Positions 45,900-58,061 of a stretch of 64,000 bases of DNA are shown here, in pieces. The translations under genes were made by a program, and so were the position numbers. How positions within the stretch are numbered: the stretch's first letter is position 1; the number at the start of each line of letters is the position of its first letter. Under the pieces are notes generated by a model. That model did no database searches, was not told where the DNA came from, and saw nothing but the letters and a program-made list of their open reading frames with translations. The DNA is from the human T2T-CHM13v2.0 reference genome, Homo sapiens. The stretch lies in assembly GCF_009914755.1 (NCBI RefSeq), contig NC_060927.1. One strand, given 5' to 3'.

Positions 45900-46501
45900 T
45901 GTACAAGCTTAACATGTTTGAGGTGCAGTAAAAAGATGAGTGTAGCTGAAGCATAGTTGTCAAGGGAAGACTGGTAGAGGGTGATGCTGGAAAGGAAGCT
46001 AGGGGCTTGATAATATAGGACTTATTGTCCTAGACCAATAAGAGTTTTAAGTTTTATTTTAATTATGATGAAATAACACTGAAGAGTTTAAAGCAGGGAT
46101 TTACATGATCATATATATATATATATAATATACACACATGATATGTATATCTTAAAGCATATATATACACATACATATACATACATAATATATACACATG
46201 TATGTGTATATATATCTTAAGAAAGCATATATATACATGTATATATACATATACATGTAAACATATACACATACATGTATATGTATCTATATCTTAAGAT
46301 ATATATATATATCTTCCAATTTATATTAGAAATAACCAAAAGGTATTTAGTAATCAATCTAACAAAATATTTGCAAGATTCTTATGGAAAATACTTCAAA
46401 ATATATATATGCATATAAATACATATGCATACGTATATACATATATACATATGCATACATATATACATATATACATACACATACATATATACATATATAT
46501 A

Positions 46502-46544
<43 letters not shown>

Positions 46545-47060
46545 AAAGCATGGTGGTTCCTATGTGGGAAATGGATCAGAGAAGACCAAGAATAGAAGCT
46601 GGAAATCTAATGAGGAAATTCTTAGAGTAGTCTAGGTGAGTGATGACGACAACTTGGCCTATAATGGCCAAGATTGTACACTTTTTCATTTTGAAGGTAG
46701 AATCAATAGATTTTTTGTTAATTATCAATGCGAGGTCAGAAAAATATGAGAATTAAGAGTAACTCCTGGGTTTTTTACTTTAAAGCTGGTGGATGCTGAT
46801 ATCACTTTCTGAGATCATAGAGTGGGAAAAATTAAATTATATGCCTATTTGACATCTAAAAAAGATGTCAGTTAGGCAATTGGATACACAACTCAGGAGT
46901 CTTGAGAAGTAATTAGCATTGGAGATTTAAATTTTGGAATTTAGGCATACAGGTGAGACTGGAGGGCCAATATGTGACCAAAGTATGGGACCAGTACACG
47001 GTCCTTGAGACTCTAGTGCTTAAAGGATTACCAGAGAAGGAGAAGCTAGCAAAGAATAAA
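45900..47060 (-). mobile_element. L2 fragment interrupted at 46112-46540
   Basis: gagtttaaagcagggatttacatgatca [insert] agaaagcatggtggttcctatgtgggaaatggatcagag... follows the L2 antisense consensus across the insert. Confidence 0.7.
46112..46541. repeat. Compound (TA/CA/TG)n low-complexity tract plus (TC)19, with an embedded 87-bp duplicated segment
   Basis: Directly visible; 46318-46404 matches 47689-47772. Confidence 0.92.
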
Positions 47061-47299
47061 GAGAAGGAAAGCCATTGCTCTAATCATCAGTTATCCAATT
47101 ATCATATTGGACTCCAATGTTGTGATGCTCTCAGAAGCTATTGTAACATAAAAAGGAATTTTCATCCCTTTGTGTCTTTGGCAACTGATTTTAGACAGCT
47201 ACACTTTTCTCTGACTGCTATTCCTCATTCAAGATGTTAGTATTTAATTTGCTGCTTATAATTTACACTGTATCAATAGATTAAATATGTCTCCTTGTT

Positions 47300-49430
47300 G
47301 AAATAGAGTGAAAAAGCTTAATTAGACAAAGATGCCCACTATTTACCACTTCTATTCCACATTGTGCAATGGATTCCAGTTAGTGTAATAATACACGAAA
47401 ATAAATAAAGGAAGAACTATGTAAAAACTCATAAGACTTGGAAAGGCAGTAGTACAACTACTAGTATTTGCAAATACTGCTATTGAGTCTAACAATGTGT
47501 TAATTATGTGGTGTATTCTATTTAGATACTTGTATCTATCTAAATAGATATTGTATCAATCTAAGTATTTGCATCTATCTAAATAGAATATACCACATAA
47601 TTACATATTGTTAGACTCAGTAGCAGAATTTAAGAGTATTGGACATAGAGAAACATACAAATGGAAATATATTTTAAAATATAGAATTAATTTATATTAG
47701 AAATAAAAAGATATTTAGTAATACATCTAACAAAATATTTGCAAGACTCTTATGGAAAATACTTCAAAATATGTAAAGACATCAGTCCTCCTCAAAGTGG
47801 TTTATAGGTCCCATGTAATTCTACTCAAAACTCAACTAATTGTTTTGAGAAAGTTGATTAGCTAGTTCTAAAATATATAAGGGGGAGATGCCCAGTATAG
47901 CCAAGCCTTTCCTACAGAAATAGAGTAGGTGGGGAGATCTGTGCTACTAGACATTAATATTTATTGTAAAGGTATAGGAATTAAGATAGTATATTATTGA
48001 GCAAGGATGAACATATTGACTTGAACAGACTAGCAAACCCAGAAACAGATCCAGTGCATATGAAAAATTGATGTATGGTAGAGGTGACATTATATATCAT
48101 TGGGTAAATGATGAAATATTACATATGGAAAAAAATGAAACTGGATTATTTTCTCACACAAAGCACAAAATTCAATTTGTGAGGGATTAAAAAAGTTGGA
48201 TATGAAATGCAAAACTTTAAATTGTTTAGAAGTATAAGAAAATGTCTTTATAGCATTGGTATAGGAAAAGATTTCTTGCATGTGATACAAAACTACTAGC
48301 AACACCAAATAGAAGAAGAAAACATTGAAATTATTTAAGAACTTCTGTGCATCAGGAGGCACAGCAAAAATATGGGCCATAAAGACAGCAAAAATATGGG
48401 CCATAAACTTGGAGAACAAACTTGTAGCATATGACATGTAAAACACTGCAAGGCCAAGAAATTGGTATTACACAACTTCAAGGTGGACAACTGCATTCTA
48501 TTCGAAGTAAATGGCAGCCTCTGGATTTGAGAATGTACTTCTTGAAATTGTACAACATGGCGACATTGTCTAAAATATATAAAGAACTCTTAACAAATAA
48601 CAAAAAGACAACCAAATAGAACAAATGCAACAGACTTGAACAAATATTACACAAAAGAGCAAATGCAAATGGTCTATACATATCATAACAAGATGCTCAT
48701 GCTCATTAGTAATTAGGAAAATATAAATTATAGTCACGAAAATATTAATTTATACTGGTCCCATTGGCAAATTTAAGCAGACTGATAGTACTAAGAGTTG
48801 GTAAGGATACAGATCAGTTGGATTATCAACTACTGCAGGAATGAAAATTGACATAATCATTTTGAAAAATAACTTGTTATTATCCAGTACAGGTGGATGT
48901 GCTCATTCTACAACCAGCATCTCTACATATATATACTAAGCTGTAGAGTCATTCTTGAATATATAGCTCATGGGACACATATTTGGAAACAAATATTCAT
49001 TGCAATAGAATGGATAGATTGTAGTATAGACTCAGCGGTGGAAAAAATAGATAACTTATATTTATATGCAGTAAAAATGAAAGAATCCTAAAAACATAAT
49101 GTTAGGGGGAAGTCAAGAGGACCTCATATCGTTTGCTGCCATTTAAAAAAGTAAAATAACACAAAAAACCCTACAAAATGTGTTTTACATATATATATGT
49201 ATGTGGTAAAACGATTAAAAATAAAATAAATGTCAGGATAATGATTAGCTTTAGCAGGCGTGGGGAGGTCAGGCCAGGCGATGAAATCAGAAGGTGCCCA
49301 GAGGTGGTTTCAGCTATATTAGGACAGTTCTAGTTCTTAATTCAGACAGACAGTTAACACGGAATTGTCCTGTAATTGTTTAACTTTCTAATTATATCTA
49401 TTTGCATGATTTTAAAATTAGATAATAAAA
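47300..49430 (+). mobile_element. Old L1M (L1ME-like) ORF2 and 3' remnants
   Basis: agacaaagatgcccactatttaccacttctatt (RQGCPL region), cccagaaacagatcca, aagaacttctgtgcatca, ctcattagtaattaggaaaat. Confidence 0.75.
48445..48565. mobile_element. MER91-like palindromic hAT MITE inserted in L1M
   Basis: cacaacttcaaggtgg...aatggcagcctctggatttg resembles the MER91 palindromic core and interrupts L1 continuity. Confidence 0.5.
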
Positions 49431-49435
49431 GCTTA

Positions 49436-49492
49436 GGCCAGGTGTGGTGGCTCATGCCTATAATCCCAGCACTTTGGGAGTCCGAGGTGGGC
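49436..49492 (+). mobile_element. Alu 5' fragment (first ~57 nt only)
   Basis: ggccaggtgtggtggctcatgcctataatcccagcactttgggagtccgaggtgggc, then similarity ends abruptly. Confidence 0.9.
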
Positions 49493-49589
49493 TGCTCCAA
49501 CAAGTGCCATTAACATTCATGTTGGTAGTATGTGATAGTAAAATGCTACCACTACTGTCACTACTACTGTTACTACTGCCACCACTGTC

Positions 49590-49895
49590 TAACGTAGACA
49601 GGGCACACCATAGGCTGGGTAGAAGCACAAGTGCATTTATGCCTAATAGCTCACCTAACTTTCACAACAACCTTATCAGGTAAGTGCTTTATATTATCCT
49701 TATTTTCCTGATAAGAACATTTAGGCATGAAGAAGTTAAGTAACTTGACCAGGGTTATACAGATAGTAGGAGATGGAGCTAGGCTATATGTTAGATAATC
49801 TGGCTCCAGAGCAAATTTAAGCAAATTTAAACACTCCACGGGGTAGAGCTCAGTGGTAGAGCATTTGACTGCAAATTTAAACACTGTGTTACCCA
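49590..49895 (-). mobile_element. MIR (interrupted by the tRNA fragment)
   Basis: cacaacaaccttatcaggtaag...gaagttaagtaacttgaccagggt...tctggctccagagc..ttaaacactg. Confidence 0.8.
49840..49873 (+). pseudogene. 5' half of tRNA-Cys(GCA), tailless retropseudogene
   Basis: GGGGTAGAGCTCAGTGGTAGAGCATTTGACTGCA versus tRNA-Cys GGGGGTATAGCTCAGTGGTAGAGCATTTGACTGCA; perfect 15-bp TSD GCAAATTTAAACACT at 49821-49835 and 49871-49885. Confidence 0.92.
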
Positions 49896-51245
49896 TCACA
49901 TTAATAAGGTTGATTTCATTTTCTTGAAGTGACAGCATCATTTAAAAAGCCAATGAATGTGCCAGACTCTTCTACTTCATTGGGATTGGCCTGTCCTAAA
50001 ACAGGAGTATGTGTATGTATACATATGCATATATGTCTCTGTATAAATGTATATAGCTTATTTTCAAACAAAGGAGACCAAGAGTTTGAGCTATTGAGGA
50101 ATGAGGGTCTTACTAAATGTAAAGCTCTAACATGAGAGACTTTTGTCTAGCCGTCTTACACCCATCCACTAGACTTGTCTGTGTCCAAGAGGGAAGCAGT
50201 GACTACAGGAATCATACTTTTGCGGTTCATAAAATTTTTGGACTATGGAAATACAGCAAATATTATACTGTATATGTCTATTGATTGAATTTCAGCTGTT
50301 TGACTTTCAAACCTTTTTCAGGAATATGTCATTTAGGAAAGTGGGGGCATTTCTATAAAAAAATGTAAAAATCTCTGAGTCCCATGCAATTGAATAAAAA
50401 TACCATAATTTACAGGACAATATGAAAAGTCTCTTGAGTAGAAGAATCCGGTAAATGTATGAATCTAACAAATAACTAAGCCTAAAAATTTCTTTGCATT
50501 TGAAAAGTAAAAGATATAATGCACATACTCTTCTCTGGGGCATGGAAATGCATGTTTTCCTAAAATTCTCCTGCAGAATTTCATATGAGTTGGCTCCGCA
50601 AAGGGTAAAATAATCTATTTTCTTTCCTTGTCTGTGGTGCGTTAGTAATCCACAATAAAATACATTCAGCCTCAGGGCAGAAATGATCTTCTGAACTTTC
50701 CAAACCTCTCCAGAGATTTGGCTGAAGTAACAGCCTGTCACAGAAAAGAAAGGTATTCTTCTCATTTGAGAGGAATTTAAATTTCATTTTTTAAAAAATG
50801 GGTCCTACTTAAACAGTCTGTGGTCTGAGTTTTTTCCTTGTGGTACATGCTGCTCTTAAAAATGGCTCAATTTTATTATATGTAAAAAACAATTGTCCAA
50901 GGAAAATAGTAAATATATTCTAATTGTGCACTTGTGGAATCATTCCATCGGAAAAAATTATGCAAAACCCTGGGACAGGTATCCAAAAACAGCTGGAAGT
51001 CCAAAGCAATGGGGAAGGCATTCAGCCTGGATATTTTGTCTGCAGAATCTGAACTTCTTTAATTTTATTCCTTCTAAATTTTGTTAGAGTCATCTCTGTT
51101 TTCTCTAACCTTTCCTTGGAGAAATTACTGTTTAAAATTTGGTTAAAAGTTACTTTCATAAGCCTGCTCTTGTAGAGTCTTGAGTAATTGACACGGAAAA
51201 ATTCTTTTTGCTCACTTACCTAGACATTTGCCCAGTACTCTACTT

Positions 51246-51420
51246 CAGTTCTTCTTAATCTTTATAGGGCTGTAAACTTCTTCGAAAACATGAAGAACGC
51301 TGTGATTCATCTCCCCAGGAAATTTTTTATAGGTGCATGTAATATAAAGTCTATTGTGTGCTTCAAATTAGGCTTCTATTTCTACACAGAGTGCTGAGTT
51401 GAGAAATGGATTGTGAGTCT
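51246..51420. mobile_element. hAT-Charlie-type MITE remnant
   Basis: cagttcttcttaatcttt...ctgtgattcatctccccaggaaa and a terminal gttgagaaat. Confidence 0.4.
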
Positions 51421-51501
51421 ATAGTAGGTTTGTGGTTTCTGTATCCGCAGCCCTCCTTCTCTCTCTCTTTCCCTTTTTTTTTTCTTCTGGCATTTCCTGG
51501 A

Positions 51502-52110
51502 TGTGCTGGTCTTCAATTTATTGTCTCTCAGATCCACACTCATCCCTCTTTGCACTGCTTTGTGCTTTTATAGCTGGACTCCATACAGTTTTTTCTTTGC
51601 CAGCTGGCTCCACGTTAAGCTTTATCAATAGAGGAGGCTGGAGAGACACTTTAAAACATAGCAGAAGAAGGGGCTTCTTTTTCTACTTCTAGTGTGCTTT
51701 ATCTTTTCTTCTCACTGCATGGTTGACAGTAGTGTTTGGGAGGCCCTGTGGCACTCATTCTGCAGTGAATTTTTCTGTCCCCCAACAGATAGCTTCCTGC
51801 AGACCATGTCCAGTCTGCTGGCACCCCAGCAAACTTCTGCTTCCTCTAGCGGACCACAGCTACACACTCTTCCACAAGGTCTGACTTACAGCCTTGGGTG
51901 TCTGGAGTCCTTCTGTGGGTTTTTAGTTTGCTCCTTTAATGCTCTCCCTCTGTCCTAGATATAGCAGTTTAGCATTTGTTCATTCTGCATTCTTTAGAGT
52001 CCTCTTTATCCCTTCCAGTGATCACCATTTATTAGCTAATAATTCATTACATTAAAATTTCCCTGTTCAAATTACTAGTGTAGTTTCCATCTTCTCACTG
52101 AACTGTGGCA
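51502..52110 (+). mobile_element. LTR33-type ERVL LTR
   Basis: tgtgctggtc...tttattgtctctcag start; attaaaatttccctgttcaaattactagtgtagtttc end. Confidence 0.7.
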
Positions 52111-52429
52111 TTTAATTTTGTCAATTGCTATTTTGAATCATTATCATTTGGGTTACTAGTATCACAAATCTCCCCCATCCCCATGGTCTTCAAAAATAAA
52201 CTTTGGGAGCAGTTCGTGACAGGTATTGATATCTAATTTCCTTCTGCTTTGAGGTACCTAGAAGAATTCCCTTGAAGTTAGGCATACCACTGGAAACGTT
52301 TCATGTCATTTCCACATGGAAACAGTCAATGGCTAGTGCTCAACTCTTCAACCTACTCTCCAAGCACCTATCTTTCTACTCAGTTGGTTGTTAACTAATC
52401 TCTACTAAGTTAATTACCAATGTCTAAAG

Positions 52430-52680
52430 CATAGCCAGCTATTGTCCAAGATAATTCTAAGGAAGAAGAAATGTTAGACAATAAAAAGTTTGGGGTCAAA
52501 TTAATTGATGAATACTGTGTTAAACAGTTTTATTTTTCCTCTGCAGAGATTCTGAATGTGTTCAGTATGCTCATATGTAATGTCAGTCTTGAAGAAGGGG
52601 GTACTTTTTCTAGTTTTTTGACTATGGAGCCTATAATTGCTGGGGCAGGTGAAATGTTAAGAGGAAATTGGGTCCTAGCA
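52430..52680. mobile_element. MER113-like hAT remnant
   Basis: ggggtcaaattaattgatgaatactgtgttaaacag...ctgcagagattct...tttgactatggagcc. Confidence 0.4.
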
Positions 52681-53374
52681 ATTGAATGCCTCTACAGGAA
52701 AATGACATGCACCACTTCTGTTCACCGCTTACCTTCTAGGGAATCTTTCCAGGCACCTTGAAGGAGAGGGGAACTGATTGTCTATGAACAGTAGCAATGC
52801 CTGCCCCAAACTACTGTCAAATTAATTAAAACAACAATAACAGTGGCAGCAGCAACCAAAAATGGATTTATTGAGATATTTGTAGCCTAAGGAGATTGTT
52901 CAACAATAAAAAAGTCATTGATATTAAAATGAAGTGGCTGATAATTTTATTGACTCTGTTAAGTGTTTGTGTGGTCTATATATAGAGTGCCCCAATAGAC
53001 ATGCATTACTATGCTCTTGATTATGTCAGGGGAGGAGGCCATGTAAGAAAATTAAATGCTTTACTTCAGAAAATTACCAGTGAAAGAGATTAAATTCTTT
53101 ATGTTTATATTGAGATGAATGCATATTACTGTTCCTTAGCTATTGGATAATGTCTGAAAACCTTAAAAATTAATGATAGGTAGGTGTTTTAAATGTTTTA
53201 TATCAGGACATCCAATGTTCAGAATAGACCTCAATTTCTTTCAGTTTGTCATATTTTATGTAACTTCTATCCTTCACATTTCCATCTTTGCATTAGAACC
53301 ATGTTTTTGCATTAATGATAAGTACCTTGAACATATAGTACTGGTGTTCAGGGCCTGAAATAGAGGGCAATTGA

Positions 53375-53520
53375 AGGGATCTTGGAAACTGGAATTCCAG
53401 TTCTAGTTAATAAAAGTATAATATTGGTCAAATTCTTTAACTTTTCTGGGCCTTCTTTTTCACCTACAAAAATAGTGAATTTGAAATAAATGATCTTTAT
53501 GATCCCACAGTTTTTAATAA
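53375..53520 (+). mobile_element. MIR fragment
   Basis: ctggaattccagttctag...ttggtcaaattctttaacttttctgggcct...cacctacaaaaat. Confidence 0.6.
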
Positions 53521-54883
53521 ATATACTTTACAATTTCAATCTATATTCTCTGTAGAAATGATTTTATAACCAATGTGATAGTTCACATTTTATGTGACTC
53601 ATTTGATTCAAATATTTAATGAGTAATTACCATATTCTTCTGCCAACTATAGGGCTCTGCATATAAAGTAGATAAAAGAACTAGATCTGCAGCATTAACA
53701 AGCTCAAGACTAGTACTAAGCTTCAGGAGACTTTGCTAAGTAAGTGGGTTCTAGCAGAACAGACCATAATCATGCCAAAACATCTATTTTCTGTTGAGAT
53801 GTGTCATCGGCTACTAACGATACATATGTATCATTACACAAATATGTATACATGATACAAATATATATCATTGGCTACTAATGATACATATTTATAGAGA
53901 GCTGGGAATATTCTATTTAGGTCACTGGGATGATTGGTAGCTTTTGCTTTCAACAACCTGCATGAAAGTCCACAGTTGATATCACATCTGAGCAAAAAGA
54001 AATAAAATTGTGAGTCTTTAAACTGGCAGCAAGTTGCCATGAGAAATTATCAACCGATTTTCAATAATAAAAAAAATTGTCAGAATTCATAATTAAACAC
54101 TTGCAAAATGAGTTTCCAGAGACACAGGACTAAGAAATTTATTATGGTAATGAGATGGCAGTTGTTTATCAATAATTGCTAATGAAAGAAAATGTTCATG
54201 TTTCAACTTTTAAACTAGTCAATCATTGTAATTGTATAACTGACCCAGCTGATAAAAAGGAAATTACTCTGAAGATTAAAAATAATTCTCTGACTTGGCA
54301 GAATTGAAAATGTTGGGTTTGGGAGTCGGGGTAGGAGCATTTTCCCAGGGAAGTAATTGTGAAATACTTCGGATTTGTTTTTATGAAGGAATATGGAGGA
54401 AGCTGCTGCACTCTTATTTCTAAGGAACCTTCACAACATGCAGAGGGTGGGATTCATGTCATCATTTGTTTCTCATCAAATCTGTTTCACTTAACCTTCT
54501 GTGTTAGGTAAAAGGTATTTGCAAAACACTGCCTAAAAAGAGAGGCTTGCCTACTCTACCCCTATATTTTCTCCCTCCTGGAGAAGATAAAGGCAGACTG
54601 TAGAGAAGGCTTGGAAGTGATTGCTTCAAACAAGAGCACGTAATGGTAGATATAGAACAGAATTCAGGTGAGCACCAAGTTCTTACACGTGGAGCAGATT
54701 TGCCTCACATCTGTGCAGGGAGAGCAATTCTTGTTAACCACCTTAGGGTTAACCTTCTTCTACTCCTTCCATTAACTCAGCTTAGGTCATTATCTCTATG
54801 TATTAAGAATCTGTGCACATGATACACACACTTCACAGGTGTTACATAAAAGAAAACAGAGACTTAGTCTCAACTCCATCACA

Positions 54884-55700
54884 TATTTATTAATTCATGC
54901 AGCAAATATTTATTGAAGTCTAATATGTACTAGACACCAGGCCATGTGCTGGGGATATTATGCTAAACAGGACAGACACAGAAAAACAGTTAACAAGGGG
55001 GAGGGAGTCAAACTCAAACCCAGTAAATAGATAAGGAAAATAATTACAAATGTTGATAATATCAACAAACAAAGTAAGATGCTGAGCTAGAAAACAATAG
55101 AGAGAGGAACAATGGTTTGGGGTAGAAACATCAGGAAAGCTTATCTATGGAGGTGACATTTTAGGTCATGTGTTAGCTGAAATTTCAGGGATGAGGGGCT
55201 AATCATGGGAATACTGTGTGGAAGAGTGAGTCAGGTAGAGGAAGGAATATGTAAAAACACCTTTCAAGGTAGGAAAGATCTTGGCGAGTTGTTGAAGCTG
55301 AAACAGGACAGTGTAGCTGGAGCACTATGAGCAAGGGGAAAGCATGACAGAGAATGGTAAGACTGGAGCAGGATGTGAGGGTGCTGGGGGTATCCTATAG
55401 GGCCTCGTAGATTCTTCTCTTGCATTGTATTTAAATGCAACAGGAAACCATTGAGGGCTTTTAAGATGGAGTTTAACATAATACGACTTCTGTTTTAAAT
55501 TTATTATTTCTTCTATCTGGGGAATGGACTGGAAGGAGACACAAATGGAGAAGTGTAGAGCTGCTGTGTCAACCAGATTGAAGATTATGTTGGCCTGGAG
55601 TAGGAGCGAGGAAGTGGAGATTAATAGAGGTGGATAGATACTTGTTAGGCAAAAGACTTTATCATACATATGAAAAGAGACATGAAGACTGCATTGTGAA
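54884..55700 (-). mobile_element. L2 (3' end and body)
   Basis: atttattaattcatgcagcaaatatttattga...gtgctggggata...ggaggtgacattt...ggaaaccattgagggctttta. Confidence 0.8.
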
Positions 55701-55739
55701 GTATAGATGCATAACTCTTGCATATCAAACAATAATAAT

Positions 55740-55870
55740 GATAACTTATAGATCATGTGATCTAATCCTTCCATTTTACAGATATGTCTAAAATCCAAAG
55801 GGGAAGAAGGACTAGTTAGTGGGACAATCAATATCAAAATAGCTTTTCTGATTTCCTCATTGATGCTTTT
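55740..55870 (-). mobile_element. MIR fragment
   Basis: atctaatccttccattttacagat...aaatccaaagggg. Confidence 0.5.
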
Positions 55871-56124
55871 CCCTTATACAAGAATAAAATTATGGAATAT
55901 TTACCATTTTATTGGGTATATTTTAAAATTCTAAAAATGAATGTGGTTGTAGAATCAGGTAAAATCTGATGATATCTATTTGTCCTATTATTTTACAAAG
56001 ATGACTGGTTGAAGATAAAAACGACTTAATTAACTTGTTTTTTTGGAGAGGAGGGACCAGCCTTAGAAATATTTAGACAATTTAGAGCAGCATACTGTAC
56101 CCTAAGCTTAACTTCTGGATTATC

Positions 56125-57600
56125 AAGAAAAACAAGTCCATGTACTTACTGCCAACTTATTTTCAACAAAGTTGCCAAGAAGATCTGTTGGAAAAGGATA
56201 CTCACTTTAGTAAATAGTGCTGGGGAAACTGGACATCCACATGCAAAAGAATAAAACTAGATTCCCATCTTTCACCATATGCAAAAATCAACTCTAAATG
56301 GATTAAAGACTTAAATGTAAGTCCTGAAACTATGAGATTACTAAAAGAAAACATTGGTGAAACATTGCAGGACATTGGTCTAAATGAAGAATTTTTAGGT
56401 TAGACCTCAAAAGCACAGGCAACAAAATTAAAAGTAGACAAGAGGGATTATATTAAAGTAAAAGATGTCTGCACAGCAAAGGAAACAACAGAGTAAAGAG
56501 ACAACTTACAGAATGGGAGAAAATATTCACAAATTATGCATCTGACAAGGGGTTAATATTCAGAACGTATAAGAAACTCAAACAACTCAACAGCAAAAAG
56601 CCAAATTATTTGATTTAAAAATAGGCAAAATATCTGAAAAGTCATTTCTCAAAAGAAGACATAGAAATGACACCAGGTGTATGGAAATATGTTCAACATC
56701 ACTCATCTCAGAGAGATGCAAATAAAATCCTCAATGAGGTATATAACCTTGTTGCAGTTAGAATGGCTATTATCAAAAAGACAAAAAAAAAAACAAAAAC
56801 CCAAATGCTGATGAGGATATGGAAAAAGGGAAACTCATACACTGTCGGTGGGAATGTAAATATGGATGACAGTACGAAAGTTACTCAAGAAATTAAAAAT
56901 AGAATCACCATATGATCCAACAATCCCATTACTAGGTATATATCCAATGGAAATGAAATCAATATGTTGAAGAGATAGCTGCATCACCATGTTTATTACA
57001 GCACTAGTCATAATAGCCAAGATATGAAAACAACCTAAATGTCCATCAATGAATAAATGGACTAGAAAATGTGATATATACATGCAATGGAATACTATTG
57101 AGCCATAAAAAGAATGAAATGCTGGCATTTGCAACAATGTAGATGAGCCTATAGGACATGATATTAAGTGAAATAAGCCAAGCACAGGACAAAATAGGCA
57201 TGATATCACTCATGTGTAGAATCTTAAACAGTTAATCTCAGAAGTAGAAAGTAGAATGGTGGTTACCAGAGGCTAGGAAGGAAACAGAGGAGAGGGGATG
57301 AAGAGGAGTTGGATAAGGGGTATGAAAATATCGTTAGAAGGAATAAGCTGTGGCATTTGATAATACAGTAGGGAAATTATAGTTAATGATAATTTGTATA
57401 TTTCAAAATAACTGGAATATGAATATAGTAATGTTCCTAAAACAAAGAAAAGATAAATGTTTGAAGTGATGTGTATCCCAGTTACTCTGACTTGATCATT
57501 ACACATTGTATACAGGAACCAAAATATCATATGTACCCCCCATATATGTACAACTCTATATAAATACAAAATAAAAATAAGGAAACACAAATAAATGAAG
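56125..57600 (+). mobile_element. 5'-truncated L1MA (ORF2 3' third, 3'UTR, A tail)
   Basis: Degenerate ORF2 (taaatagtgctggggaaactgg...), L1MA 3'UTR agtagaatggtggttaccagaggct..., A-rich tail ~57562-57600. Confidence 0.9.
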
Positions 57601-58002
57601 AAAAGAATATTTAGTGGGCTAAATCTGCAGATCTTTAGCCTTTTGCAATGTAGTATCTAAATCAGCAGCATGTATGAATAGTCAGAGAGAGAGGTGAGAC
57701 AGAAAGGACCACCTCCCTTATTGAAGTCTATCTGTCTTTGCCTTCTCCCTCCTTCTATTAACTAAAGTTAGGCCAGATTAATGAACTATCAGCAAGTCGA
57801 AGAAACAGTTGAGGTGGCAATAGTAGATACAGTGGAATCTTCATGGAATCTTGAGGGGAAAGCCAGCCTTCTTTCTGGGCTAACTAGCTAAATCGATGTA
57901 GTTTTGGTCTTGTAGATTGTCCTCATTCTTCAGATATAATCATCTGCCTTCACTCACCTGAAAAACTGTCTTAAGTTTTCAGAGTACAAACATCTATAGT
58001 TG

Positions 58003-58004
<2 letters not shown>

Positions 58005-58058
<54 letters not shown>

Positions 58059-58061
58059 TTT
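58005..58061. repeat. (AT)23 microsatellite followed by poly-T
   Basis: Directly visible. Confidence 0.97.

Noticed and set aside
46063-46635. Tyr/Ile/His-rich ORFs
   Set aside because: Translations of (TA/CA)n and (CT)n microsatellites
49840-49873. Functional tRNA gene
   Set aside because: Only the 5' half is present; no T arm/B box or 3' acceptor strand
50307-50765. 152-aa minus-strand ORF in unique DNA
   Set aside because: No recognisable domain, composition typical of AT-rich noncoding DNA, no supporting splice or promoter structure
55325-55837. 170-aa minus-strand ORF
   Set aside because: Spans decayed L2 and MIR sequence; chance open frame
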